Shown: positions 48,389-58,314 of the stretch, one piece after another
Numbering within the stretch: position 1 is the stretch's first letter
Layout of the letters: each line of letters begins with the position of its first letter
Origin: an uncultured Bacilli bacterium
GTDB lineage: Bacteria > Bacillota_I > Bacilli_A > RF39 > UBA660
NCBI GenBank assembly: GCA_947628535.1
Contig: CANRAF010000003.1
Location: 22,350 to 86,349 of the forward strand
Direction of reading: 5' to 3'
Length of the DNA stretch: 64,000 nucleotides
Position numbers and translations under genes: made by a program
The notes under the pieces: model-generated
Database searches by the model: none
The model's input: the letters and a program-made list of their open reading frames with translations, nothing else
Told to the model about the DNA's origin: nothing

Positions 48389-49411
48389 ATGAAAAATATT
48401 AAATTTATGTTAGTGGCAGCTATATTTGCAGTATTTGGAATGGTAAGTGTAAATGCAGCAACACCACAAAATCTTTTAGATTGGAAGGTAGCAGATGGAA
48501 CATGTAGTAATAATGTTTGTGATTTAAAATTAAATCAAAAGGCGGTTCAAGATTTAGAAATTGGCGCTGGGCAAGTGGTTACACTTGATTTAAATGGCTT
48601 TGAATTTACTAATTTTTCTGATGGTACATCAAATAAAGGTAAATTATCAGCTATTTGGATACTTTCTGGAGGAGAACTAACTATTAAAGATACGAATAGT
48701 AATGGTACTGGGAAAGTATATATTTCAGGTGATGATACACTTCCTGCAGTTAATAACCTTGAAGGTGGAAAATTAACTATTGAAGGAGGTATTTTCGAAG
48801 CTAGAAAAGCCGGAGGAGATGCTATTCATAATAGTGGTGAATTAACATTTACAAATGGTACAGTAAAAACTACAGTAGATGGCGCATGGGGATTAGTAAA
48901 TGAAGGTACAGCAGTAATCAACGGAGGAACATTTGATCAAGGAAATGATTATTCCGTAGTACTTAATGCTAAAGATATGACTATAAATGATGGAACATTC
49001 AATGCTACTGGTGCAGGACATAATGCTGTTGTTAGTAACGTTGGTAAATCTTCAGATGCTCCAGCAAAACTTACTGTTACTGGAGGAGATTTTAATGCAG
49101 AAGATAATGCTAAAATATTTTCTAATGGATTAAATGATGAAGGTGAGAATAGCACAATAGCTGTTAGTGGCGGTACATTTTCAAACGAACTAAAAGCAGA
49201 ATATTTAGCAGATGGTTTAGTAATGGAACAAGATGAAGATGGTAACTTTGTATTAGTAACTGAACCTGATGAACCAATTGATGATCCTTCAAATGATGAA
49301 AATAATTCTACTACTATTGTAAACAAAGTTTTAGATAAAACAAAACTTGACGATGTTCCAAAAACAGGAAGTGTTTATTCAGCATTAAGTTTTATGAAAT
49401 ATTTAAGATAA
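48389..49411 (+). CDS. Secreted beta-helix-like surface protein, paralog of 47271..48257
   Basis: Signal peptide ending VNA; the same repeats; KLDDVPKTG-SVYSALSFMKYLR. Confidence 0.75.
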   Translation: MKNIKFMLVAAIFAVFGMVSVNAATPQNLLDWKVADGTCSNNVCDLKLNQKAVQDLEIGAGQVVTLDLNGFEFTNFSDGTSNKGKLSAIWILSGGELTIKDTNSNGTGKVYISGDDTLPAVNNLEGGKLTIEGGIFEARKAGGDAIHNSGELTFTNGTVKTTVDGAWGLVNEGTAVINGGTFDQGNDYSVVLNAKDMTINDGTFNATGAGHNAVVSNVGKSSDAPAKLTVTGGDFNAEDNAKIFSNGLNDEGENSTIAVSGGTFSNELKAEYLADGLVMEQDEDGNFVLVTEPDEPIDDPSNDENNSTTIVNKVLDKTKLDDVPKTGSVYSALSFMKYLR

Positions 49412-49466
49412 TATAAAAGACTACTTGAAATTATTGTTTCAAATAGTCTTTTTTTTGTGTTAATTA

Positions 49467-49664
49467 TTATTCGTTTTCCTCAACACTAATAGCGCCTGTA
49501 GGACAGTTTTCTTTTGCATCTTTTACTAAATCTTTATTATTATCTTTTACTTTACTATTTAGTGCATATGCAATACCGTTATCATTTATGTCAAATTCAT
49601 CAGGAACTAAAGCTGCACAAGCTCCACATCCAATACATAAATTATCTACTACTTTTACTTTCAT
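49467..49664 (-). CDS. Ferredoxin (single cluster)
   Basis: CIGCGAC...CPTGAI. Confidence 0.92.
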   Translation of the reverse strand: MKVKVVDNLCIGCGACAALVPDEFDINDNGIAYALNSKVKDNNKDLVKDAKENCPTGAISVEENE

Positions 49665-49769
49665 TTTTACCTCCTAAAAATATTATATAATAAAAAATTC
49701 AAAAAATAAAATGTTTTCTTTTTTTATTATTTATGTTATAATTTTTATAGTCAATGATAGGGTGATTTT

Positions 49770-50711
49770 ATGTATAGTAGAATGGAAAAATATGATGTAG
49801 ATTCAACTGAAAAAAAGAGAACTACAAGAAATGAAAAACTATATAGTGAAGTACAAAATATGAATATAGATTATGTTGATATTAATGTTGATAATGCTGT
49901 TGAACTTTCTGCGAATAATAATGGAAAGTCATCTCGTGAAGATTTTCAAAAGCAACGTGAACTTGATAAAATTTTACCAAGACATGAAAAAAGCAGTAAA
50001 ATAGTGTCAACTGAAGTTGAGCCTAAAGAAGATAGAGTTTATGATATTGATGAAATTTTGAAAATGGCTAGAGAGAATAAACTTTTTGAAGATGCTGATA
50101 AAAAAAGATTAATTAATACAGAATATAATATTTTAACGAAACTTGATGTTCAATCATTAAAAACTGAAGAGATGAAGAAAGAAGATTTACGTAATTTAAT
50201 TGATGATATATATTCAAAAGAAAAAAAACCTGAGAGAAAAAAATATCCACGTAAAGTGGAAGAGAGACTACTTAATGATTTGTTTGATGATTATGAAAGG
50301 GAACCTGAACTTGATGAAGAATTAAAATTACAAGAAGAGGTAAGTGAAGGGGTTCTTAATAATATTTCTTTAAACGATAATTCTGAAAATAATATAGCTG
50401 CAAATGAATCTTCAGAAGAAAGCGATAAACAAATAACTGAAGAGGAAGACAAGACTGAAGATGCTAGTATTGCAACGTTGATTGGAAAAGATAAATTTTC
50501 TAAGAAAGAAAAAAAGAAAAATAAAAAAGAGAAAAAAAATAAAATAGGTGATTTTGAAGAAGAATTTAATGACAAAAAAAATGAAGAAGTATATGATGAT
50601 TATATAGAAGAAAAAGAAGGTAAGGGCCTTTTAATTGCAATTATAGTAGTTGTTATATTAATAGTAATTACATGTGGTTTCTTTGTTTATGAATACTTTT
50701 TTGGATTATAA
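49770..50711 (+). CDS. acidic protein with C-terminal TM anchor
   Basis: Highly charged 313-aa ORF with a single C-terminal hydrophobic helix. Confidence 0.7.
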   Translation: MYSRMEKYDVDSTEKKRTTRNEKLYSEVQNMNIDYVDINVDNAVELSANNNGKSSREDFQKQRELDKILPRHEKSSKIVSTEVEPKEDRVYDIDEILKMARENKLFEDADKKRLINTEYNILTKLDVQSLKTEEMKKEDLRNLIDDIYSKEKKPERKKYPRKVEERLLNDLFDDYEREPELDEELKLQEEVSEGVLNNISLNDNSENNIAANESSEESDKQITEEEDKTEDASIATLIGKDKFSKKEKKKNKKEKKNKIGDFEEEFNDKKNEEVYDDYIEEKEGKGLLIAIIVVVILIVITCGFFVYEYFFGL

Positions 50712-50770
50712 TTAATAAACAGAAAAAAAACATTCAAAGTTATGTTTAAACTAATGATTGAATGTTTTTT

Positions 50771-51205
50771 TTAATCTATTCTTCCACATAACCAGTCAAG
50801 AGATATGTTGTATTTTTTAGCAATATCATAAGCAAATGCTGTTAAAAGCATTGTTTTTCCGTTTTCATAGGCACTTATAGTTGAATGAGATGTATTAAGT
50901 TCTGCAGCTAATTGTTCTTGGGTTAAACCGCTTGTTTTCCTAAAACTTTTTAAACGTTTACCAATTAATTCTTTATTAATTTTTTTATTTGTAATAATAT
51001 AGTTTTTTTCACTATTTAAACCAGTTATATAATCCATACTAACATTAAAGTAATTACAAAGATTATTTAAATGAGTAAGAGGAATTATTGCTTCATCAGT
51101 TTCCCATCTTCCATAAGTTGATTTTGAAACGCCCATAATTTCAGCCATTTTTATTTGGTTTAAATCATTTAAATCTCTAAGATCTTTAATTTTTATAAGT
51201 AACAT
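50771..51205 (-). CDS. Double-domain XRE HTH regulator, copy 1
   Basis: Two HTH_3 domains (LR....LNQ..MA..TY.RWE; LTQEQLA...TISAYENG...SLDWL.GR); GGTGG RBS. Confidence 0.88.
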   Translation of the reverse strand: MLLIKIKDLRDLNDLNQIKMAEIMGVSKSTYGRWETDEAIIPLTHLNNLCNYFNVSMDYITGLNSEKNYIITNKKINKELIGKRLKSFRKTSGLTQEQLAAELNTSHSTISAYENGKTMLLTAFAYDIAKKYNISLDWLCGRID

Positions 51206-51306
51206 ATAACCACCTACATATAATTTTCTCATTAAATAAGTAAATAAACATTTTCTCCCCTTATATACGACATCGGTGATATAATTAATAAAAGGAGATA
51301 TTTAAT

Positions 51307-51777
51307 ATGGAGAAAAGTTTTGTAAAAATAGATAGTTTAGGAAGGATAGTAATACCTAAAAAAATTAGAAAAAGTTTTTCTATTAATTCTAATTCAGTTT
51401 TAAATATGGAAATAGCTAATGAAGAGATATATTTTAAAATTGATAAAAATGTTGATAATAAAAATACAATCAATAAAATTAAAATATTGGAAAGATTGTC
51501 AAATTTAAAATTTATTGTTTTAGATAATAATCAAATAATATATAGCACAAAGATTTTAGGAAGTAAGGATAAAATAAAAGTAAGCAGTATAAAAGAAGTT
51601 TTAAGCAAAGAAAACGAAAGCTATAATGGCATATTAAAAATTACTGATAAATTATCAGTAAGTAACTATTATTATTCTATTTTGAATTTAAATAATTATA
51701 CTAAAATTTTAGTAATAGTAATTTATAGTGAAAAGCAAGAAAAATCATTAGCTAAAATAGTTGCAGAATTTTTATAA
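51307..51777 (+). CDS. AbrB/SpoVT-like regulator, copy 1
   Basis: KIDSLGRIVIPKKIR N-terminal AbrB domain plus a degenerate GAF-like C-terminal domain. Confidence 0.8.
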   Translation: MEKSFVKIDSLGRIVIPKKIRKSFSINSNSVLNMEIANEEIYFKIDKNVDNKNTINKIKILERLSNLKFIVLDNNQIIYSTKILGSKDKIKVSSIKEVLSKENESYNGILKITDKLSVSNYYYSILNLNNYTKILVIVIYSEKQEKSLAKIVAEFL

Positions 51778-51782
51778 TATTT

Positions 51783-52244
51783 TTATTTATTATATTCCTT
51801 TATTAACATCTCATCGGATCTTCCATATAAATAGTCCATAGATACTTTATATTTTTTAGATATTTCATAGGCTACTCTTGTAATCATTTTAGTTTTTCCT
51901 GTTTCGTATGCACTTATTGTAGAGTGTGATGTATTAAGTTCTGATGCTAATTTTTCTTGGGTTAAATTAAAATGTTTTCTAAATGTTTTTAATCTTCTAC
52001 CAATTAATTCTTTATTTAATTTTTTACTTGTAATAGGTATTTGTCTTACTTTAGTAAATTTTGAAGCGTAATCCATACTTATATTAAAATAATTGCAAAA
52101 GGTATTTAAATGTTCTGAGGGAATTATCTCTTCATCTGAATCCCATTTGCTATAAGTAGATGCAGAAATACCAATTATTTTTGCCATTTTTGCCTGAGTT
52201 AAATCATGATCTTCCCTTATATCCCTTATTCTTCCATATGCCAT
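51783..52244 (-). CDS. Double-domain XRE HTH regulator, copy 2
   Basis: Paralog of 50771..51205 (shared ELNTSHSTISAYE.GKT). Confidence 0.88.
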   Translation of the reverse strand: MAYGRIRDIREDHDLTQAKMAKIIGISASTYSKWDSDEEIIPSEHLNTFCNYFNISMDYASKFTKVRQIPITSKKLNKELIGRRLKTFRKHFNLTQEKLASELNTSHSTISAYETGKTKMITRVAYEISKKYKVSMDYLYGRSDEMLIKEYNK

Positions 52245-52340
52245 ATAACCACCTATAATAATTGTCTCATTAAAAGGTTAAATCATTATTTGTTCCCCTA
52301 TAATACGACAAATATGATATAATTATTATGGTGATGTAAA

Positions 52341-52763
52341 ATGATAGAAAATATGCAAATAAAAGTAGATGCCTCAGGGAGAATTTTAATTCCTAAAAAA
52401 GTTAGAGATATATTTGATATAAATAAAGATGATATTTTTCTTTTAACTACTTTTGATGATGGATTTAAATTAGTAAAAGAGAAAGGTTTAGAAAAATATA
52501 ATGAAGTTATTTCTAAAATAAAAAAAATAGAGATTGAATATAATTTTGACATAATTTTAACTGATTATGAAAAAGTTATTTATACAAGTGATAAGTATAA
52601 AAATATTATTGGTAAAAAGCTAGATAATAATTTTAAATTAAAGGATTTATCTTTAAAAAAGGATATTAAATTAGATAAATATAGAAGAGGAAATATAATT
52701 ATTATTTATAAAAATAAAGAATATTTAAATATTGCTAGAATTGTTTGTGAACTTTTGAAGTAA
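52341..52763 (+). CDS. AbrB/SpoVT-like regulator, copy 2
   Basis: KVDASGRILIPKKVR; IILTD..KVIYTS resembles the SpoVT C-terminal domain. Confidence 0.8.
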   Translation: MIENMQIKVDASGRILIPKKVRDIFDINKDDIFLLTTFDDGFKLVKEKGLEKYNEVISKIKKIEIEYNFDIILTDYEKVIYTSDKYKNIIGKKLDNNFKLKDLSLKKDIKLDKYRRGNIIIIYKNKEYLNIARIVCELLK

Positions 52764-52867
52764 TATTATGATAGGCAAGTAAAATAGAAAAGCAAATTAA
52801 TGAATTAATTTTGACATAACTTACTTTAATATGTTAAAATTGTAATAGTTTGAAAGAAGGGATTATT

Positions 52868-53767
52868 ATGGATCAAAGTTCTGAAAGTGCTCTAACACTT
52901 TTACAAAATCTTAGAATGCTTTTAAAAGAAAAAGAATCTAATGATAAGCGTTATACTACAATTAGAATAAGTGCAGATGATGCAATGAAGAAAATAGAAA
53001 CAACACTTTCTAAAACTCCCTCTCAATATCATGAAGAGATTTTAGAAAAGGCTATTTATTTTACCGAATATAAAATGAATAAAAAAATATTAGATTGTAA
53101 TGATATATTTATGGCCCTTACTACTTATGTAGAGGATGTTAAGAAAAATCTTTTAGATGATAAATATACTACTCCTGAAATTGAAAGAATGAATTATATT
53201 CGTGGGACAAAAGATGTAATAGATAAATTTTTGGCTGTTCTTAAAGATTATAATAGATATGAACTTATTAGTTATGAAGAAAACTGCAATAAACTTTTAA
53301 AGGAAAGGACTTCTGTTTATGGACGAAAAACAGCAAGTGGAGGAATTATTGGGGCTTTAAATCGTGGTATGTATGGGCAAACTAGAGAAGAATTTATAGA
53401 TGAACTTAGAGAAGACGGTGTCAAATTAAGCTCTAATACGAGATTTATTCGTTCTATGAGTAATGAACTTATAAAATATAGAATAGTTGGACTTTATATA
53501 GCTTCTAAATATTGTGATAGGATAGAAGAAAGATGGAAAAAAAATGCTACAGATAGTGACTCTAATACAGCTTTAAAAGATTATAATGAGGCTAAAGTAA
53601 AAACAAAAATTTTGGGTGGAATTTTAAAAGATGTTTATTCTGAAAAATATAATATAACTCCTAAAGATGAAATAAAAAATCATCTTTTTGATGGCGACCA
53701 AACAGTAATGGATTTTATGACTACTAAAAGCGAGAGTGATAAGAATAACCAATCTCCTAAAAGATAA
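52868..53767 (+). CDS. hypothetical protein
   Basis: ~300-aa ORF with its own TTGACA-N18-TAAAAT promoter (52811-52840). Confidence 0.7.
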   Translation: MDQSSESALTLLQNLRMLLKEKESNDKRYTTIRISADDAMKKIETTLSKTPSQYHEEILEKAIYFTEYKMNKKILDCNDIFMALTTYVEDVKKNLLDDKYTTPEIERMNYIRGTKDVIDKFLAVLKDYNRYELISYEENCNKLLKERTSVYGRKTASGGIIGALNRGMYGQTREEFIDELREDGVKLSSNTRFIRSMSNELIKYRIVGLYIASKYCDRIEERWKKNATDSDSNTALKDYNEAKVKTKILGGILKDVYSEKYNITPKDEIKNHLFDGDQTVMDFMTTKSESDKNNQSPKR

Positions 53768-53813
53768 TTTTTAAGTATAACAATAATAAGATTAAATAAG
53801 AAGGGAAGTTGCT

Positions 53814-54452
53814 ATGCAAGATATAATAATTGAAATAATGAATCAATTTGGATACTTTGGAATAATGTTTTTAATTGCTATTGAAAATATTTTTCCACCA
53901 ATCCCTTCAGAAGTTATTTTAACCTTTGGTGGCTTTATGACAACTTTTTCTGAACTTTCTGTTATTGGAGTAATTGTTTTTTCAACTATTGGGGCATTAA
54001 TTGGTGCAATGATTTTGTATTTAGTTGGAAGAATACTAAAAAAAGAAAGACTTATGCGTCTGGCAGATGGAAAACTTGGAAAAAGATTGAGATTTAAAAG
54101 CGAAGATATTGAAAAAGCAGATAAGTGGTTTAGTGAAAAAGGAACAAAAACAGTGTTTTTTTGTAGATTTATACCAATTATTAGAAGCTTAATATCTATT
54201 CCGGCGGGAATTAATGGTATGAAAATATCTTTGTTTCTTTTTTATACTTTACTTGGTACACTTATTTGGAATACAGTTTTAACAGTATTGGGAACAATAC
54301 TTGGAGAAAACTGGACTAAAGTTGTAAGTGTTATTGACATATATGGAAATATTACTTTAATTATCATTATAATAGCAGTTATAGTTTTAGCTATACTTTA
54401 TTATAAATTTAGAATAAAGAAGAATAAAAATAAAAAGAAAAGTAATAATTAG
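53814..54452 (+). CDS. DedA family membrane protein
   Basis: ENIFPPIPSEVIL, RFIPIIRSLISIPAG. Confidence 0.93.
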   Translation: MQDIIIEIMNQFGYFGIMFLIAIENIFPPIPSEVILTFGGFMTTFSELSVIGVIVFSTIGALIGAMILYLVGRILKKERLMRLADGKLGKRLRFKSEDIEKADKWFSEKGTKTVFFCRFIPIIRSLISIPAGINGMKISLFLFYTLLGTLIWNTVLTVLGTILGENWTKVVSVIDIYGNITLIIIIIAVIVLAILYYKFRIKKNKNKKKSNN

Positions 54453-54493
54453 AATAAAATATTTATATTTGTAAAATAAATGATATAGAGTAG

Positions 54494-55303
54494 GTGAGTT
54501 TTATGAAAACAAGAATAATAAGTGCTTTGGTTATGTGTGCTATTGCTATTCCAATTTTAATAATTGGAGGTTTACCATTTAAAATATTTACTATTGTAAT
54601 AGCTATTTTATCGTTATATGAACTTATAAAGGCTAGAGAAAAAAAGAGTGAAATTCCAATTTTTATTAAAATTCTTTCATATATTTTAATAGGTGTATTT
54701 ATTGGATTTAGTGTTAATCTTTACACAGTAAATTATGAATTTATTTATAAAATAATAATTGGTTTTATACTTCTTTCATTTATTCCAGTTGTTTTTATAA
54801 ACAATACGGATAAATATAGTATTACAGATGCTTTATATGTACTCGGAGGAACATTATTTTTAGCAGTTGCTTATACCTCATTTGTTTTAATTGATAATAT
54901 AAGTTTACTATATATTATTTATATTATAATTATTGCAATGGTAACTGATATGTTTGCTTATTTTACAGGTTATTTCATTGGAAAAAATAAAATGTGTGAG
55001 ATGATATCTCCTAAAAAAACTTGGGAAGGTGCTATTGGAGGGAGTTTAATTGGTACTATTGTGGGAACACTATTTTATGTATTTTTAATTCATCAAAATA
55101 GTAATCTTTTAATAGTAATAGCAATTACACTTTTACTTTCAATAATTGGGCAAATTGGTGATTTATTTTTCTCAAGTATAAAAAGACATTATAAAATAAA
55201 AGATTTTTCAAAATTAATACCAGGACATGGCGGTATTTTAGATAGACTTGATAGTATAATTTTTGTAGTTTTAACGTTTGTACTATTTATAAATATTTTA
55301 TAG
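54494..55303 (+). CDS. cdsA: Phosphatidate cytidylyltransferase
   Basis: D.FAYF.G, ISPKKTWEG, GDL..S.IKR...IKD...IPGHGGILDR.DS. Confidence 0.96.
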   Translation: MSFMKTRIISALVMCAIAIPILIIGGLPFKIFTIVIAILSLYELIKAREKKSEIPIFIKILSYILIGVFIGFSVNLYTVNYEFIYKIIIGFILLSFIPVVFINNTDKYSITDALYVLGGTLFLAVAYTSFVLIDNISLLYIIYIIIIAMVTDMFAYFTGYFIGKNKMCEMISPKKTWEGAIGGSLIGTIVGTLFYVFLIHQNSNLLIVIAITLLLSIIGQIGDLFFSSIKRHYKIKDFSKLIPGHGGILDRLDSIIFVVLTFVLFINIL

Positions 55304-55310
55304 GAGTGAT

Positions 55311-56366
55311 ATGATGCATATATTATTAACAATAATTCTATTTGTACTTATTTTAGGAGTAATAGTACTTGTTCATGAGGGAGGACATTTCCTTTTTGCC
55401 AAACTAACAGGAGTACATGTATATGAATTTTCTATTGGTATGGGACCTTTAATTGCTAAAAAAATAGCTAAAGATAAAACTCAATATTCTATTAGAGCAA
55501 TACCAATTGGAGGATATGTTTCTTTAGCAGGAGAAGAAGTAGATGAAGAAGAAAGAAAGAAAACAAAGGGACATAATCTTCAAGACAAAACAGTATTTCA
55601 AAGATTTTTGGTTATGTTCATGGGAGTTGGTTTTAACTTTGTTTTTGCTTTCTTAATATTATTTTTAACAGGACTTATTTTTGGAGCACCTTCAACTGAA
55701 CCAATAATTGGAGGAGTATCAGAAGATTATCCTGCTGCTTTAGCAGGCCTTGAAAAGGGTGATAGGGTTTTAAGATTGAATGGTCATAAAATAACTTTTC
55801 TAGAAGATATTTCTCTTTATTTAGCTATTGAAGATTTAACTAAACCAGTTTCTTTTGAAGTTGAAAAGAAAAGCGGAGAGATAGAAACTTATAACATTTT
55901 ACCGGAAAAAGTAAAAGAAGATGGAAAAGAAAAATATGCAATTGGTATTATGCTTAAAGCTGATACAGATAAGGGAATTATTCCATCAATTGTCTATGCC
56001 TTTAATGAAGAAGGTGCAATATTTAAGCAAATGTTTGTAGTTTTAGGGAACTTATTTACAGGTGGAGTTTCTATGAATGAATTAAGTGGACCTGTAGGAA
56101 TTTATTCAATAGTTGGGAAAATGAGTGCACAGGGAGTATCTTCATTACTTTATTTAACAGCTTTATTAAGTATTAATGTGGGAGTTATCAACATTTTACC
56201 ATTCCCAGCATTTGATGGCGGGAGGATACTGTTCCTTATAATTGAAAAAATAAAAGGATCACCAGTAGATCCGAAGATTGAAAACACAATTCATAATATA
56301 GGGTTTATTTTAATTATATTGTTGATGATATATGTCACGTTTAATGATATTTTAAAATTATTTTAG
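55311..56366 (+). CDS. rseP: RIP metalloprotease RseP
   Basis: HEGGH, PDZ domain, N.LP.PAFDGG; follows cdsA. Confidence 0.94.
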   Translation: MMHILLTIILFVLILGVIVLVHEGGHFLFAKLTGVHVYEFSIGMGPLIAKKIAKDKTQYSIRAIPIGGYVSLAGEEVDEEERKKTKGHNLQDKTVFQRFLVMFMGVGFNFVFAFLILFLTGLIFGAPSTEPIIGGVSEDYPAALAGLEKGDRVLRLNGHKITFLEDISLYLAIEDLTKPVSFEVEKKSGEIETYNILPEKVKEDGKEKYAIGIMLKADTDKGIIPSIVYAFNEEGAIFKQMFVVLGNLFTGGVSMNELSGPVGIYSIVGKMSAQGVSSLLYLTALLSINVGVINILPFPAFDGGRILFLIIEKIKGSPVDPKIENTIHNIGFILIILLMIYVTFNDILKLF

Positions 56367-56403
56367 ATTAAATTTTTAGAAAAACATTATAGGAGTAAAT
56401 TTT

Positions 56404-56862
56404 ATGAACAAATATATGGAAATGGCTAGACTAAGTGCTTTAAAAGGAATTGAAAAAAAAGAAGGTGGGCCTTTTGGAGCGGTAATTGTAGCAAAAGATG
56501 GTACTGTTATTTCAACAGGAAATAATATGGTTTTAAAAGAAAAAGATCCAACTGCTCATGCAGAGATTGTTGCTATTAGAAGGGCATGTAAAGTTTTAGG
56601 AACTAATGATTTAAGTGGACACATTTTATATACATCGTGTGAACCATGTCCAATGTGTCTTTCTGCAATAATTTGGGTTAATATTAGAGAAGTATACTTT
56701 GGCTGTACACGAAGTGATGCTGATAATATTGGTTTTAGGGATAAAGACATTTATGAATTTATGAAAGGTAAAAATAATATAATAACTTTAAGACAAATTG
56801 ATAGGGATTCATGTCTTGAGGTAATGAATAAATATAACGATATTAATGGAGAGATCTATTAA
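56404..56862 (+). CDS. Nucleoside/guanine deaminase (GuaD-like, CDA superfamily)
   Basis: GGPFGA, DPTAHAE, CEPCPMC, GF.D..IY. Confidence 0.88.
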   Translation: MNKYMEMARLSALKGIEKKEGGPFGAVIVAKDGTVISTGNNMVLKEKDPTAHAEIVAIRRACKVLGTNDLSGHILYTSCEPCPMCLSAIIWVNIREVYFGCTRSDADNIGFRDKDIYEFMKGKNNIITLRQIDRDSCLEVMNKYNDINGEIY

Positions 56863-56960
56863 TGGTCGTTTTTTTATTGTGTTAAATAATTTTACTTTTA
56901 ATTTAAAACAATTGACTTATAACTTTTATATGAGTTAAAATATATATAATAGCGGAGGTT

Positions 56961-58307
56961 ATGAATATGGAAAACCAAACTAATAATCCTAATTTGCAAA
57001 ATGGTGTTAATGTAGATACTCAAAATCAAGATAATAACCAAACTAAAGGTGTAATAGTTAATTTAAATGATAAAAAATTAAAAGCTACAACACTTAACAA
57101 AAAAACTAGATTTAAGTATAGGGTAGAAAATGAAAAAGGGAAAAGATTTTATGGTTATTTAGATGCTTATAGTGAACCTGAAGTAATATCATATCTTAAA
57201 AATGAAGGATATAAAATATTAAAAGTAGAACCTCAAAATTCTGTTTTAAATATGACTATTGGTGGAGGAAAACTTAATTATTCAGAGCTTTCATTTTTGC
57301 TTACTCAACTTTCTACTTATTTAAAAGCTGGTATTCCATTAATTGAATCAATTAAGATTTTGGAAAAGCAATCAGTAAAACCTGATAAAAAAAGAATATA
57401 TTCAAATATTATTTATGAACTTTCTAAGGGTGAAAATTTTTCAAGTGCGTTAACATCTCAGGGTAATGTATTTCCACCTCTTCTTATAAACATGGTTAGA
57501 ACTGCAGAAATGACTGGGGATTTACCTGAAATATTAGATGATATGCGTGATTATTATGAAGCTATTGATAGAACTAGAAAATCTGCTATAAGTTCAATGA
57601 TTTATCCAACAATTTTATTTGTGTTTGCAATATGTGTACTTGTTTTCATTTTAACGTATGTTATTCCATCATTCGTTTCACTTTTTGAACAACAAAATGC
57701 AGATCTTCCTGCAGTTACAAAAATAGTTTTAGCTGCTAGCTCATTTATAACAGGAAATAAATATTTGTTAGTTGGTGGCTTAGTCGCTATTGTACTTTCA
57801 TTTGTATTACTTTACAAATATGTTAAACCATTTAGAAAAACAATGCAAACTATTGTTATGAAACTACCTGGATTTGGTAAGATTACAATTTATAGAGAAG
57901 TTACTATGTTTACTAAAACATTTGCTTCACTATTACATCATAATGTATTTATAACAGATTCAATGGCAATACTTAGTACAGTATCAAATAATGAAGTATT
58001 TAAAGATATTATTAATGAATCTTTAGAGTATCTTGCTAAGGGTGCAAAAATAAGTGATGCTTTTGAAGATAAATGGGCCTTTCCAGTTGTTGCCTATGAA
58101 ATGCTTGTAACAGGTGAAAATACAGGACGCCTTCCAATGATGATGAGTTATGTTGCAAATTACTATGAAGATTTACATGCTAACTTAGTTAAAAGAATTA
58201 ATACTTTTATCGAACCACTTTTAATTATGTTTATTGCAGTAATTGTTGGTATAGTTGTTATTTCAGTTGTTGTTCCAATGTTTGATTTCTATGGAACTGT
58301 ATTATAG
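56961..58307 (+). CDS. pilC: Type IV pilus platform protein PilC/GspF family
   Basis: QLST.L.AG.PL, AE..G.L, YP, LP..T, GE.TG.L, IEP, P(M)F. Confidence 0.88.
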   Translation: MNMENQTNNPNLQNGVNVDTQNQDNNQTKGVIVNLNDKKLKATTLNKKTRFKYRVENEKGKRFYGYLDAYSEPEVISYLKNEGYKILKVEPQNSVLNMTIGGGKLNYSELSFLLTQLSTYLKAGIPLIESIKILEKQSVKPDKKRIYSNIIYELSKGENFSSALTSQGNVFPPLLINMVRTAEMTGDLPEILDDMRDYYEAIDRTRKSAISSMIYPTILFVFAICVLVFILTYVIPSFVSLFEQQNADLPAVTKIVLAASSFITGNKYLLVGGLVAIVLSFVLLYKYVKPFRKTMQTIVMKLPGFGKITIYREVTMFTKTFASLLHHNVFITDSMAILSTVSNNEVFKDIINESLEYLAKGAKISDAFEDKWAFPVVAYEMLVTGENTGRLPMMMSYVANYYEDLHANLVKRINTFIEPLLIMFIAVIVGIVVISVVVPMFDFYGTVL

Positions 58308-58314
58308 GTAAAGT

